A model generated the notes under the pieces. The model saw only the letters and a list, made by a program, of their open reading frames with translations, made no database searches and was not told the DNA's origin. The position numbers and the translations under genes are program-made. DNA of 64,000 nt from Alphaproteobacteria bacterium (GTDB taxonomy: Bacteria; Pseudomonadota; Alphaproteobacteria; UBA828), in contig CAXXVO010000005.1 in the NCBI GenBank assembly GCA_963422645.2, forward strand, positions 352,001-416,000. Reading direction: 5' to 3'. Positions 9,117 to 18,195 of this stretch are shown piece after piece; positions within the stretch are counted from its first letter, which is position 1, and every line of letters starts with the position of its first letter.

Positions 9117-10537
9117 TCCGCTCCGCCCTCATCCGCATGCTCGGCGGAACCCCGCCGCCCGCCGCCGCCCTGCGCGAGGCGGCGGGCGGGACCGTCGACA
9201 GGGACGAGGACCAGTGGCGCCCGCTCACCGGAGACGGACGCCGCGACCTCTCGCCGCTGACCCAGAGCAGGATGAGGAAGCTCGCGACGCACCTCTGGGA
9301 AACCAACCTGCTCGCCCGCCAGCTCGTCGAGCTCCCCGTCGCCTTCCTCCTCGCCGACGGCGTGCGCGTGCGCGTCCCCGATCCGGACGCCCAGAAATGG
9401 CTCGACGCATGGTGGCGCGATCCCGTCACCGACATGCCGCTCCGCCTCCCCGAGCTCATGCGCGACCTCGCGCTCGCCGGCGAGACCGCATGGCCCGTCT
9501 TCGCAGACCCCGCCTCCGGCCACGTCCGCATGGCGTGGCTCGACCCCGACGCCGTCGAGACCGTGGTCATGGACCCCGACAACGCGTCCCGCCCCATCGG
9601 CATCGTGACGGTGAAGGACCGCAGGGGCGAAGCCCGGCGCTACCGCACCGCCGTCGGCGGACCCGAAACCGTCCTCGCGCCCGCCGCCCGCGCCATCCGC
9701 GAGACCATGACCTCGGGCGACATCCTCTACTTCCGCGCCAACGCCAGGCCCGGCGCATCCCGCGGACGCTCCGACCTGCTCGCCGCCATCGACTGGCTCG
9801 ACGGATACGAGCGACACCTCTTCGGAGAGATCGACCGCGCCCACTTCCTCCGCGCCTTCGTCTGGGACGTCACCATGACCGGCGCCAGTCAGGAAGAGGT
9901 CGAGAAGCGCGCCGCAAGGGCCACGGCGCCCACGCCCGGAACCGTCCGCGTCCACAACGAGAGCGAGACCTGGCAGCCCCTCGCCCCCGACCTCGGCGGC
10001 CGCGACCTCGACGCAACATCCCGCCTCTTCCGCAACCACCTGCTCGGCGGATCGGGACTGCCCGAGCACTGGTTCGGCGGCGGCGGCGACGTCAACCGCG
10101 CAACCGCCGCAGAGATGGGCGATCCCGCCTTCAAGACCCTCAAGATGCGCCAGAGGCTGTGGACCGAGATCCTGCGCCGTGCCGCAGACTACGCCATCGC
10201 CCGCAGGCTCGACCCCTCCGGCGCATCATGGCCCGATCCCGCAGACCCCGCCCTCGCCGTCTCCGTCGAATGGCCCGAGATGGTGGTCGCCGACGCCTCC
10301 CGACACGCCGCCGCGCTCGCCCAGACCGCAGGCGCCGCGGCGCTGGCCATCGAGCGCGGCCTGCTCTCGGACGCCACCGCGCTCCGCGTCATCGCCGCCG
10401 TCGCCGGGCGCCTCGGCGTCGAGATCGACGCCGACGCCGAACTCGAGGCGGCGCGCGAAGACGCCGCCGGACGGGCCGAAGAAGACGCCTTCCGCGAGCC
10501 CCCGCAGGACGAGGACGCCGACGACGGCGAGGCGTAG
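9107..10537 (+). CDS. Putative portal protein
   Basis: Size and position between terL and gpF; RGRSDL, GLPEHWFG, NRATA motifs. Confidence 0.7.
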   Translation: MAVIRSALIRMLGGTPPPAAALREAAGGTVDRDEDQWRPLTGDGRRDLSPLTQSRMRKLATHLWETNLLARQLVELPVAFLLADGVRVRVPDPDAQKWLDAWWRDPVTDMPLRLPELMRDLALAGETAWPVFADPASGHVRMAWLDPDAVETVVMDPDNASRPIGIVTVKDRRGEARRYRTAVGGPETVLAPAARAIRETMTSGDILYFRANARPGASRGRSDLLAAIDWLDGYERHLFGEIDRAHFLRAFVWDVTMTGASQEEVEKRAARATAPTPGTVRVHNESETWQPLAPDLGGRDLDATSRLFRNHLLGGSGLPEHWFGGGGDVNRATAAEMGDPAFKTLKMRQRLWTEILRRAADYAIARRLDPSGASWPDPADPALAVSVEWPEMVVADASRHAAALAQTAGAAALAIERGLLSDATALRVIAAVAGRLGVEIDADAELEAAREDAAGRAEEDAFREPPQDEDADDGEA

Positions 10538-10540
10538 CAC

Positions 10541-11479
10541 GTGGCTACCGACCGTCAGCGCCAGCGCAGGCTCAAGGGCGAGCGATCCCGCCGCGCCCGC
10601 GCCCTGCCCCGCATCCAGAAGGACACCGCCGCCGAGGTCGGCCGCATCCTCGGGCGCGCCGAGCGCGACATCCGGGCCACCCTCGCCGGCGCGCCCTCCG
10701 ATTACCAGGCATGGGCGCTGCCATCCCTCCAGGCCTCCGTCCGGGACGCCCTCGACAGCCTCGGCGCAGACGCCGGGCAGGCCATGGCCGAGGGCGCAAC
10801 CCGCGCCTGGGACGCCGGCATCGATACCGTGAACGCCCCCGTCGACGCCGCCATGCGCCTCGATGCCCCCGACTTCCGCATCGCCGCCGTCCTGCCCGAG
10901 GTCGACACCCGCCAGCTCCTCGCCATGCGATCCTTCCTCACCGCCAAAATGAAGGGCGTCTCCACCGCCCTCGCAAACCGCGTCAACACAGAACTCGGCC
11001 TGACCATGATCGGAACCCGCAGCGTCGGCGAGACCACCGGCCGCGTCGCCGCCATCCTCAAGAGCGGCGGCAGGTCCCGCGCCCTGACAATCGTGCGGAC
11101 CGAGCTCGGCCGCGCATACTCCATGGCCGGACAGCAGCGCATGGAGCAGGCCGGCGAGGTGCTGCCGGGCCTGAGGAAGCAATGGCGCCGATCCGGCAAG
11201 CTCCGCGCCCGTATCAATCACGACGCCATCGACGGGCAGGTCAGGGAGGTGGACAAGCCCTTCGCCGTCGGCGGCGCTTCGCTCATGTACCCCCGCGATC
11301 CCGCCGGACCCGCCGCCGAGACGATCAACTGCGGATGCCAGTCGCTGCCATGGATGGAAAGCTGGGAGGTCGAGAACCCCGGGCGAAAGCCGTTCTCCGA
11401 CGAGGAGATCGCACGCGACCCGCGGCGCGCCGATCTCGAAGGGAAGGAGGCCGGCGCGGGGACAACGCCGGCATCGTAG
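10541..11479 (+). CDS. Head morphogenesis protein (Mu gpF / SPP1 gp7 family)
   Basis: RALTIVRTE, KQW..R..H..IDGQ, MYPRDP..ETINCGC. Confidence 0.85.
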   Translation: MATDRQRQRRLKGERSRRARALPRIQKDTAAEVGRILGRAERDIRATLAGAPSDYQAWALPSLQASVRDALDSLGADAGQAMAEGATRAWDAGIDTVNAPVDAAMRLDAPDFRIAAVLPEVDTRQLLAMRSFLTAKMKGVSTALANRVNTELGLTMIGTRSVGETTGRVAAILKSGGRSRALTIVRTELGRAYSMAGQQRMEQAGEVLPGLRKQWRRSGKLRARINHDAIDGQVREVDKPFAVGGASLMYPRDPAGPAAETINCGCQSLPWMESWEVENPGRKPFSDEEIARDPRRADLEGKEAGAGTTPAS

Positions 11480-11622
11480 ACCGGGCGAGGCGAAGCCCCG
11501 CGCCGCACCCCGATTTACCGGCGAATCCGCACCCCCGGAACCGCCCCGATTTACAGGCCTTTCAGCACCCCTGAAACGCCCCGAAAATCACCGTTTCCAG
11601 CCAATTCACGGCCCTTTCCGGG

Positions 11623-11749
11623 CCGGATTCGCAAAGACTTTCGTCCGGCCCGCCAGACCCCGGAAACGCCGCCAACCCCTTGACCGTCCGCCATCTTCCG
11701 CCTTCTTCCCGGCATCTTCCGGATTCGCAATGACTTTCGTCCCCCTACA
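11623..11749. repeat. Prophage right end: two 24-bp direct repeats CCGGATTCGCAA(A/T)GACTTTCGTCC (11623-11646, 11719-11742) and terminal CA
   Basis: One mismatch between copies; minus strand starts TGTAGGGGGACGAAAG; host reading frame resumes at 11750. Confidence 0.85.
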
Positions 11750-13084
11750 CTGGAGCATGTCGCGGACCGCTTCGACCTCCGCCGCGACATCCGCTTCGAG
11801 ACGACCGTGACCGAAGCGGCCTTCGACGAGGCGGCAGGATGCTGGCGAATCGCCACCGAGGACGGGACGCAAATCAGCAGCACCTATTGCGTCATGGCCA
11901 CGGGGTGCCTCTCAGCCGTCAATCGCCCCGCCTTCGATGGCCTCGATCGCTTCACCGGAGAGTGGTACCACACCGGTGCCTGGCCCCATGAAAAGGTCTC
12001 CTTCGCCGGCAAGAATGTCGGCATCGTCGGCACCGGCTCCTCCGCCATCCAGTCGATTCCGCTGATCGCGGCGGAGGCAAGCCACCTTACCGTCTTCCAG
12101 CGCCAGCCGAATTACACCATTCCCGCCCGCAACGGGCCGCTGGACGAGGCGGAATACGCCGCCGTCAGGGCCAGCTACGGGGAACTGCGCCGGCGTGCGA
12201 AGCAAACAGTGACGGGCTCCTGGTGGCATCCGAACCCCTTGGCTTCAACCGAGATGTGCGCCGAGGAACGCCAGCGCGAGATGGAGACCCGCTGGCAAAA
12301 GGGTGGCCTCAGCTTCTACGGCGTCTTTGACGACGTGCTGGTCGACGGCGAGGCAAACGGTATCGCGACCGAGTTCATCCGCAGCAAGATTCGCGAGCAG
12401 GTGCGCGATCCGGACCTGGCGGCGCAGCTCTCGCCGCACTCCTACATGGGCTGCAAGAGGATCTGCCTCGATACCGACTACTACGAGACCTTCAACCGGC
12501 CCAATGTGACGCTGGTCGATATCAGCGACGCGCCGATCGAAGAGATCACGCCTGCCGGCCTTCGTACCGGCGGCAAGGAGTACGCGTTCGACGCCATCGT
12601 TTTCGCCATCGGCTTCGACGCGATGACCGGCCCCCTGCTCAGTATCGACATTCGCGGCACCGACGGGCGGACGCTGAGGGAGAAGTGGGCCGACGGGCCC
12701 CGGACATACTTGGGAGTCGCGGTCGCGGGCTTCCCCAACCTGTTTACGGTCACGGGCCCCACCAGCCCGTCGGTGCTCACCAGCATGGTCCCCACCATCG
12801 AGCAGCATGTCGAGTGGATCTCAGACTGCATTGCCCACGCGCGCGCCAGCGGGCGCCCTCACATCGAGGCAACCCGCGAGGCGGAGGACGCATGGATGGT
12901 TCACCACGAAGAGGTGGCAGCCGAAACGCTCTTCCCCTCATGCAACTCGTGGTATGTCGGCGCCAACGTTCCCGGCAAGCCGCGCAAGGTGACGCCCTAC
13001 ACGGGCGGTTTCTCGACCTATATCGAGAAGTGCGACGCCGTCGTCGCCAACGGCTACGAGGGGTTTACGCTGACCACCGCGTAG
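11750..13084 (+). pseudogene. Baeyer-Villiger monooxygenase (cyclohexanone monooxygenase family), 5' part removed by the prophage insertion
   Basis: Begins mid-protein LEHVADRFDLRRDIRFET; FTGEWYHTGAWP fingerprint, GTGSSA; N-terminal FAD-binding motif absent. Confidence 0.88.
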
Positions 13085-13153
13085 GTCGCCCGCGCCTGAA
13101 AGGTCGTGGGCGCGGAATCAAGAGACATCCGCGCCTGAAAGGTCGCGGGCGCG
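13081..13153. repeat. Tandem 25-bp palindromic REP-like repeats between convergent genes
   Basis: CCGCGCCTGAAAGGTCG(T/C)GGGCGCG at 13090-13114 and 13129-13153; GTAG at 13081. Confidence 0.65.
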
Positions 13154-13180
13154 AACGGCAGTCCCGCTGAGGCAGGCGCC

Positions 13181-13621
13181 CTAAGCGTCCCCACTCCATC
13201 CCGGCGGCGGATCGCAGGGCTCGGTGCCCATGTCGGCGGGCACGGAGATTTCGATCAGGTCGAAGGTCTCCGAGGTCGCGATCTCGTTGTGCGGGGTGCC
13301 GCCCGGGATGTAGAGCGAATCCCCTTCCTCGATGCGGATGGTCTCGTGCTCGAAGGTGAGGTCGATCCAGCCGTCCAGCATGTAGACGATCTGCCCCTCG
13401 CAGACATGCGTGTGCCAGCCGGTCGGCCGCGTGAGTCCGACCTTGGCCGTGGTGATCTGTGCGCGGATGCGCCCGCCGCTCGCCGCCGTGACGCCGAGGT
13501 CGCGGTAGGTCATGAAGTCGCGCCGCCCCGGCACGAAGGTGGGGTCGTTCTTTCTGACAAGGGTGAAGGGTGATTCTGGCGTGGCCGGGCTTGCAGCCGC
13601 AGCAATCTGGGCCTTGGTCAT
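13181..13621 (-). CDS. Cupin domain protein
   Basis: GWHTH..QIVYMLDG..GDSLYIPGGTPH cupin motifs. Confidence 0.85.
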   Translation of the reverse strand: MTKAQIAAAASPATPESPFTLVRKNDPTFVPGRRDFMTYRDLGVTAASGGRIRAQITTAKVGLTRPTGWHTHVCEGQIVYMLDGWIDLTFEHETIRIEEGDSLYIPGGTPHNEIATSETFDLIEISVPADMGTEPCDPPPGWSGDA

Positions 13622-13762
13622 GGCGCGGGCTCCTTTCCGCCGGGGATTGCAGGCATGGTAGGAAGCGCCGGCTGGCGTGACAAGGCGATCGCCGTCGTTC
13701 GGCGTGCCGCTATGACCCTGAGGAGCGCTCACCCGGCCGGTCTCGACCGCCGGGGTGCGCGT

Positions 13763-14002
13763 TCAGAGCGTGTTGTGGGTGCCGTCGCAGTGCGGCTTGC
13801 TCCCGGTCCGCTTGCAGCCGCAGAGCCAAGCAGTCTCGCTCTCCTCGGCGGTGAAGACGATCGGGCGGATGTCGGTGACCTTGTGCGAGCCGTCGCAGAA
13901 GGGCTGGGTGGCGCTCAGGCCGCAGGCGCACCAGAAGTATTTCTCCCCGGCGACGAGCTCTGTTTCGTAGGGTTCTGCCTGGGCGACGACGGCTTCGCTC
14001 AT
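13763..14002 (-). CDS. CDGSH iron-sulfur domain protein (two motifs)
   Basis: WCACGLS..PFCDGSH and LCGCK..PHCDGTH. Confidence 0.92.
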   Translation of the reverse strand: MSEAVVAQAEPYETELVAGEKYFWCACGLSATQPFCDGSHKVTDIRPIVFTAEESETAWLCGCKRTGSKPHCDGTHNTL

Positions 14003-14219
14003 GGTGTAGTGCCTCGACAGTCTGCAGGGATCCGATCGACGAACTTCACTCTAGCCCGCATTTCTCACCAATGTCACGGCCTGCGTCTTGCCCAGGCGTT
14101 CCATCCTCCAGGAGCCGGCGAACACGCATATCGGGGACTACGGTTAAGACCCGCATCGTGCGCCCCGCGTGCGTGGACGCACGATCACCTGTCCTTGAGA
14201 GCCGAATTGCGGACCGCAC

Positions 14220-15473
14220 TCAAACCGTGCACCAGGACGAGCCTTCGATCCCGCCGACAGGCCGGCCGGCCTTGATGTGGATGCGGCGGCCGGGGAGGCG
14301 CCGCAGGACGTCGACCAGGTTCGTCGCCTCGAAGACCACCAGGTCGGCCGGCGACCCGGCTGCGACGGCAGGCACGGGCGCGCCGATGATCCTTGCCGCT
14401 CGCGTGGTCACCATCTCAAAGCCTTCCCGGACCTCTTCGTCGAGCCTCATGCCGGCGCTGTGCACGGTCATGTAGGCGAGCTCCACCGGGTCCATCCGAT
14501 TAAAGCGGTACCAGATGTCGTACATGTTGTCGGCGCCTGCGGCGACGTTGATTCCGGCGTCGAGCAACTCCTTCACCCGTGAAGAGCCCCTGTTCTGGGG
14601 CGTCCGGCCCTCACCGCCCAGCATCTGGAGATTGGCGATCGGCAGCACGGCGACCGACATGTCGGCGTCCAGCACCTTGTCGATCACCCGCGCCGCCTCC
14701 TCGTCGGGGTAGACCGCGAGCGCGTTGCAGTGGCTGGCGACGACCTTGCCCTGCATGCCGTGGGCGATCGTGGCTTCGGCCAGCATCTCCAGCGTCTTGA
14801 GCTCGGCCCGGTCCATGTAGTCGGCGTGCATCTCCACGCCCACGTCGAATTCGGCGGCGAGATCCAGCACCGTCTCGACGTGCGTGCGCTGGTCTTCGAC
14901 CGAGGCCTCGACCTCCGGCAGGCCGCCCACCGCCGCAGCGCCCATGTCGAGCGCCTCGCGCAGCAGCGCCGGCGCCTCCGGGTCCGCGACGATCCCTTCC
15001 TGAGGGAAGGCCACGAGGGTAACGTCGACGACGCCGGCGAAGCGGTCGCGCGCCCGCATCACGCCTTCGAACGAGACCAGCCTGGTCGCGAAGTCCACGT
15101 CGATCTGGGCGTGCAGGCGGCCGATACCGTGGGCCGCGGCGAGCCTGAGGGCGGTGCTCGCGCGCTCCTCCACGTCGGCAACGGCAAAATGGACCTTGGC
15201 TTCGCGGGCGCGGTCCAAGGCTTCCTGCGGCCCGCGCGCACCGAGCAGGTCGCGGCTCAGGACCTTGTCGATGTGGAAGTGGGGATCGACGAAGGAGGGC
15301 GTGACCAGCCCGCCGCGTGCATCGATGCGCGCCGCCGCGTGGCCGTCGAGGTCAGGCTCGACCGCCTCGATGCGTCCGTCGCGGATGCCGATGGAGACCG
15401 GCGCTTCATCGTCGAGGCGCACAGCGTCGTGGATAAGAAGGTCCCACTCGGGGCCCGGAGCCGCGTCGGTCAT
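14220..15473 (-). CDS. Cytosine/creatinine deaminase-like amidohydrolase
   Basis: VDPHFHIDK, VAFPQEG, MHADY, ASHC, AGADN. Confidence 0.88.
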   Translation of the reverse strand: MTDAAPGPEWDLLIHDAVRLDDEAPVSIGIRDGRIEAVEPDLDGHAAARIDARGGLVTPSFVDPHFHIDKVLSRDLLGARGPQEALDRAREAKVHFAVADVEERASTALRLAAAHGIGRLHAQIDVDFATRLVSFEGVMRARDRFAGVVDVTLVAFPQEGIVADPEAPALLREALDMGAAAVGGLPEVEASVEDQRTHVETVLDLAAEFDVGVEMHADYMDRAELKTLEMLAEATIAHGMQGKVVASHCNALAVYPDEEAARVIDKVLDADMSVAVLPIANLQMLGGEGRTPQNRGSSRVKELLDAGINVAAGADNMYDIWYRFNRMDPVELAYMTVHSAGMRLDEEVREGFEMVTTRAARIIGAPVPAVAAGSPADLVVFEATNLVDVLRRLPGRRIHIKAGRPVGGIEGSSWCTV

Positions 15474-15512
15474 GTCTCCTCCGTCATCAATATGTTTGTC
15501 GGGTGCGTGTCG

Positions 15513-16718
15513 TCACTCCCAGTAGATCGGCGAAGTGGTAATGACCTCGACGCCGTCCCTGTGGACGATCAGGTTCTGCTCGAAGCCCACCGCGCCGACC
15601 CCCTCCCAGGCGAGGAAGGCCTCGGAACTGCAGACCATGTTCTCCTGAATCAGCTGGTCTTCATCGCAGGTCGAAAGCCCGTACATCGGGTTCTCGAACA
15701 TCATGTCGCAGAGGTGGCCGTAGAGCGGCCATTGCAGGCCGGCCTGATCGACCGTGTCGCCGCCGCCTGCCTCCCTGGTCAGCCGGTCGCCCTCGCGCGC
15801 GAGCTCGTGGGGCGAGACGCCCGGGCGGATCTTCGCCATCACGCCGTCGACGATGCCCATGCAGGCTTCCATCAGCTCGCGCTGGGTGCTGCTCGGCCTG
15901 CGCCCGCACACCGCCGTCCGCCCCGGATCCAGGAAGTACCCGTGGCGCATCGGCCCCATGATCCAGCCCCGCACGAAATCGCCGTCCTTCGGCGCCGAGT
16001 CCGGGTCGGCGCCGCTCAGCGGATAGCGGCTGAAGTTGTTCATCTCGTCGCCGGTGCCGTGGGAGAGGCGGATGATCGCGGGAATGCCGCCCCGGCGCAC
16101 CACCTCGGCCGCGCCGGCGGCGGCGGCCTCAGCTTCGGTCTGACCCGAGACCAGCCCCTCCATGATGAGCGTCAGCGCGCGGCTCGCGATATCGCCCGCC
16201 TCGCGGAAGACATCGAGCTCGCGCGCGCTCTTGACGTGCTGCACCGACTTGACGAGGTCGTCCTCCGGCCGCCAATCGATGCGCGGACACCATTCGCGCA
16301 GCCAGTCCATGTACTTGCAGGGCAGAAAGTCCGTACCGACGATGGCGACCGGGCCGGTGATCCCCTGCTCATTGAGCGCGTCGGCGGTACCCTTGATCGG
16401 GTTCTGGTGCCAGTGCCAGTTGTCGGTCGCGAGCCAATCCGCCGGCTCCAGGAGTTCGTCGTTGTGGAGCTCGGGCTCCCGGCCCGCGCGCATGATCACG
16501 GCGTTGTGGCCGCGCCCCTGCCAGAGGTTGTTGTCCGGCGTCTGACCGGGGTGCCCCGAATAGTGGTTCACCAGCCAGAGCAGGTTGGCGCAGCGGTCGT
16601 AGGAGCTCGCGCCTCGCGACCAGATGACGGCGGTCTCGTAACCGCGCCGCGCCATCTCGCCCTCGACCTTGGCCCAGCGCGCCTCGTATTCCTCTCTGGG
16701 AAAGACTTGGCTCGTCAT
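15513..16718 (-). CDS. M24 (Xaa-Pro peptidase/creatinase fold) protein
   Basis: F..EEY..R, VKS..EL, GY..D..RT, GH, GFEQN; metal ligands partly divergent. Confidence 0.8.
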   Translation of the reverse strand: MTSQVFPREEYEARWAKVEGEMARRGYETAVIWSRGASSYDRCANLLWLVNHYSGHPGQTPDNNLWQGRGHNAVIMRAGREPELHNDELLEPADWLATDNWHWHQNPIKGTADALNEQGITGPVAIVGTDFLPCKYMDWLREWCPRIDWRPEDDLVKSVQHVKSARELDVFREAGDIASRALTLIMEGLVSGQTEAEAAAAGAAEVVRRGGIPAIIRLSHGTGDEMNNFSRYPLSGADPDSAPKDGDFVRGWIMGPMRHGYFLDPGRTAVCGRRPSSTQRELMEACMGIVDGVMAKIRPGVSPHELAREGDRLTREAGGGDTVDQAGLQWPLYGHLCDMMFENPMYGLSTCDEDQLIQENMVCSSEAFLAWEGVGAVGFEQNLIVHRDGVEVITTSPIYWE

Positions 16719-16787
16719 GGCCGCCCCCTTCGACCTGCCGTCGCGGAAGGTTACTTCCATCGGCGGCATTCCACCAACGGGCGGTCG

Positions 16788-17153
16788 CTAGCGCGGCGTC
16801 CTCGACCACAATTGGGCGCGCGAAGTCGGCTTCTCCGACAAGTCGAGCCATTCGGCCTCGACCATGATCGCCAGGGACTCGCGGAGCGAGCGGCCGGATA
16901 CCAGGTACTTGCTGATCTTGCCGGGCGGTAGCGTCAGATCGCGCTCCTTCAGCACGCCCGAGACATACGCACGGATCTCGGCGAAGGAGCGGGGTTCGGC
17001 GAGGATCGGCGCGAGCAGCCCGTCGAACTCACCCGGCGCAAGCGGTGTCTCCCATTCGACCGTGATCTTCTGCTCGAAGCTGTAGCTGCCTTCGAGCAGG
17101 ATCGCATCGGTGCCCGGCCGGCCGGCCCGCCTAGCGCGACGCGCCTGAGCCAT
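16788..17153 (-). CDS. Hypothetical protein
   Basis: Host-like codon usage; overlaps LysR stop; fills gap in operon. Confidence 0.5.
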   Translation of the reverse strand: MAQARRARRAGRPGTDAILLEGSYSFEQKITVEWETPLAPGEFDGLLAPILAEPRSFAEIRAYVSGVLKERDLTLPPGKISKYLVSGRSLRESLAIMVEAEWLDLSEKPTSRAQLWSRTPR

Positions 17154-18076
17154 GGGGCAGCGCCTTGGGTCCGTGCACTTTGGTTCGGGTGAGCCTGCGG
17201 TCGAGCACCTCGACAATGGCGGCCGTCAGCGCGCGAATGGCACCGGTCGCCCCGACGGGGTTCCAGAAGAGGCCGATATCGAAGTCGTCCAGAGCGGGGA
17301 GCTCCGCGCACGGTGGCATCGAGCGCAGCGTGGGCGGCACGGTGCTCTGCGAAATCGCCGTGAGGCCGAGGCCGCTTTCGATCGCCGCCTGGTTGCCGGC
17401 CAGGTTGGAGCTGGAATAGACGATCCTGTAAGGGATGTCCCGCCGCCGCAGCGCGCTGAGCACGCGCAGCCGGTACTGGCAGCCATCCGGGAAGAGAACC
17501 AGCGGGAGCGGGCGCCGCGCGCGCAGATCGTGGGCCTGGCTGCCGACCCAGGTCATCGGCTCGCGCCATTGATCCGTCAGATGGACGGTCGATCTGTCGT
17601 CGTGCACAGCCAGCACGACGTCGAACTCGTTCCGGGCCAACCCCGCCGATCAGGTCGCGGCTCAGCTCGCAGGTCACGTCGAGCGCAACATCCGGGTGGG
17701 TTTCGGAGAACCGGCCGAGCAGCTGGGGCAGGAACGAGAGCGCGAAATCGCTCGGGATGCCGACGCGAATCGTCCCGGTCAGGATGCCGCCGTCCAGGCG
17801 GCCGACACACTCGTCGTTCAACGCGACGATCTGCTTGGCGTACTCGAGGACGATCTCGCCTTGTGGCGTGAGACCGAAGGACTTGCCCGAATTGGCGAGG
17901 ATCGGCGCGCCCACGATCTGCTGCAGGCGCCGCATCTGCAGGCTCACTGCCGACTGCGAGCGTCCGATCTCACCGCCGGTCCGCGAGAAGCTCTGCGTCC
18001 GCGCCAGGACGAGCAGTGTTCTCAACAGGTCGATCGGGAGGATGCGTTCCATTGGTGCATCATGAGCGTCACTCAT
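17131..18076 (-). pseudogene. LysR-family regulator with +1 frameshift at 17641-17644
   Basis: HTH (SFSRTG..GRSQSAVSLQMRRL) in one frame, effector domain in another; removing one G from GGGG restores LIGGLARNEFD. Confidence 0.85.
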
Positions 18077-18195
18077 GGAGCTATATCGACTATTAATAAG
18101 GACAATCAATCGGTCGGTGCTATTGCTGGTCGCCGCCACCTCGTAAAGTGACGGGATCCACTGCCGAGAATAACAACAATAAGGAGGGAGGCGCC

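Larger units (their letters stand above)
2268..11749 (+). mobile_element. Mu-like transposable prophage, right-hand part
   Basis: gemA, mor-like, lysis, gp26/gp27, terL, portal, gpF in Mu-like order; CA terminus at 11748-11749 abutting a truncated host gene. Confidence 0.85.

Noticed and set aside
8941-11574. 877-aa ORF overlapping portal and gpF
   Set aside because: Arg/Pro-rich alternative frame of real genes; a high-GC artefact.
11500-11745. Repeats as a possible CRISPR array or tRNA/att site
   Set aside because: Only two copies of each motif, no regular spacers, no cas genes, no cloverleaf; better explained as a transposable phage end.
11807-13084. Intact 425-aa monooxygenase starting at GTG 11807
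   Set aside because: Homology extends upstream to 11750 and the N-terminal FAD-binding motif is missing, so the gene is truncated.
18077-18195. LysR T-N11-A box or guanidine riboswitch in the divergent promoter
   Set aside because: T-N11-A matches are trivial in AT-rich DNA and no riboswitch consensus is recognisable.
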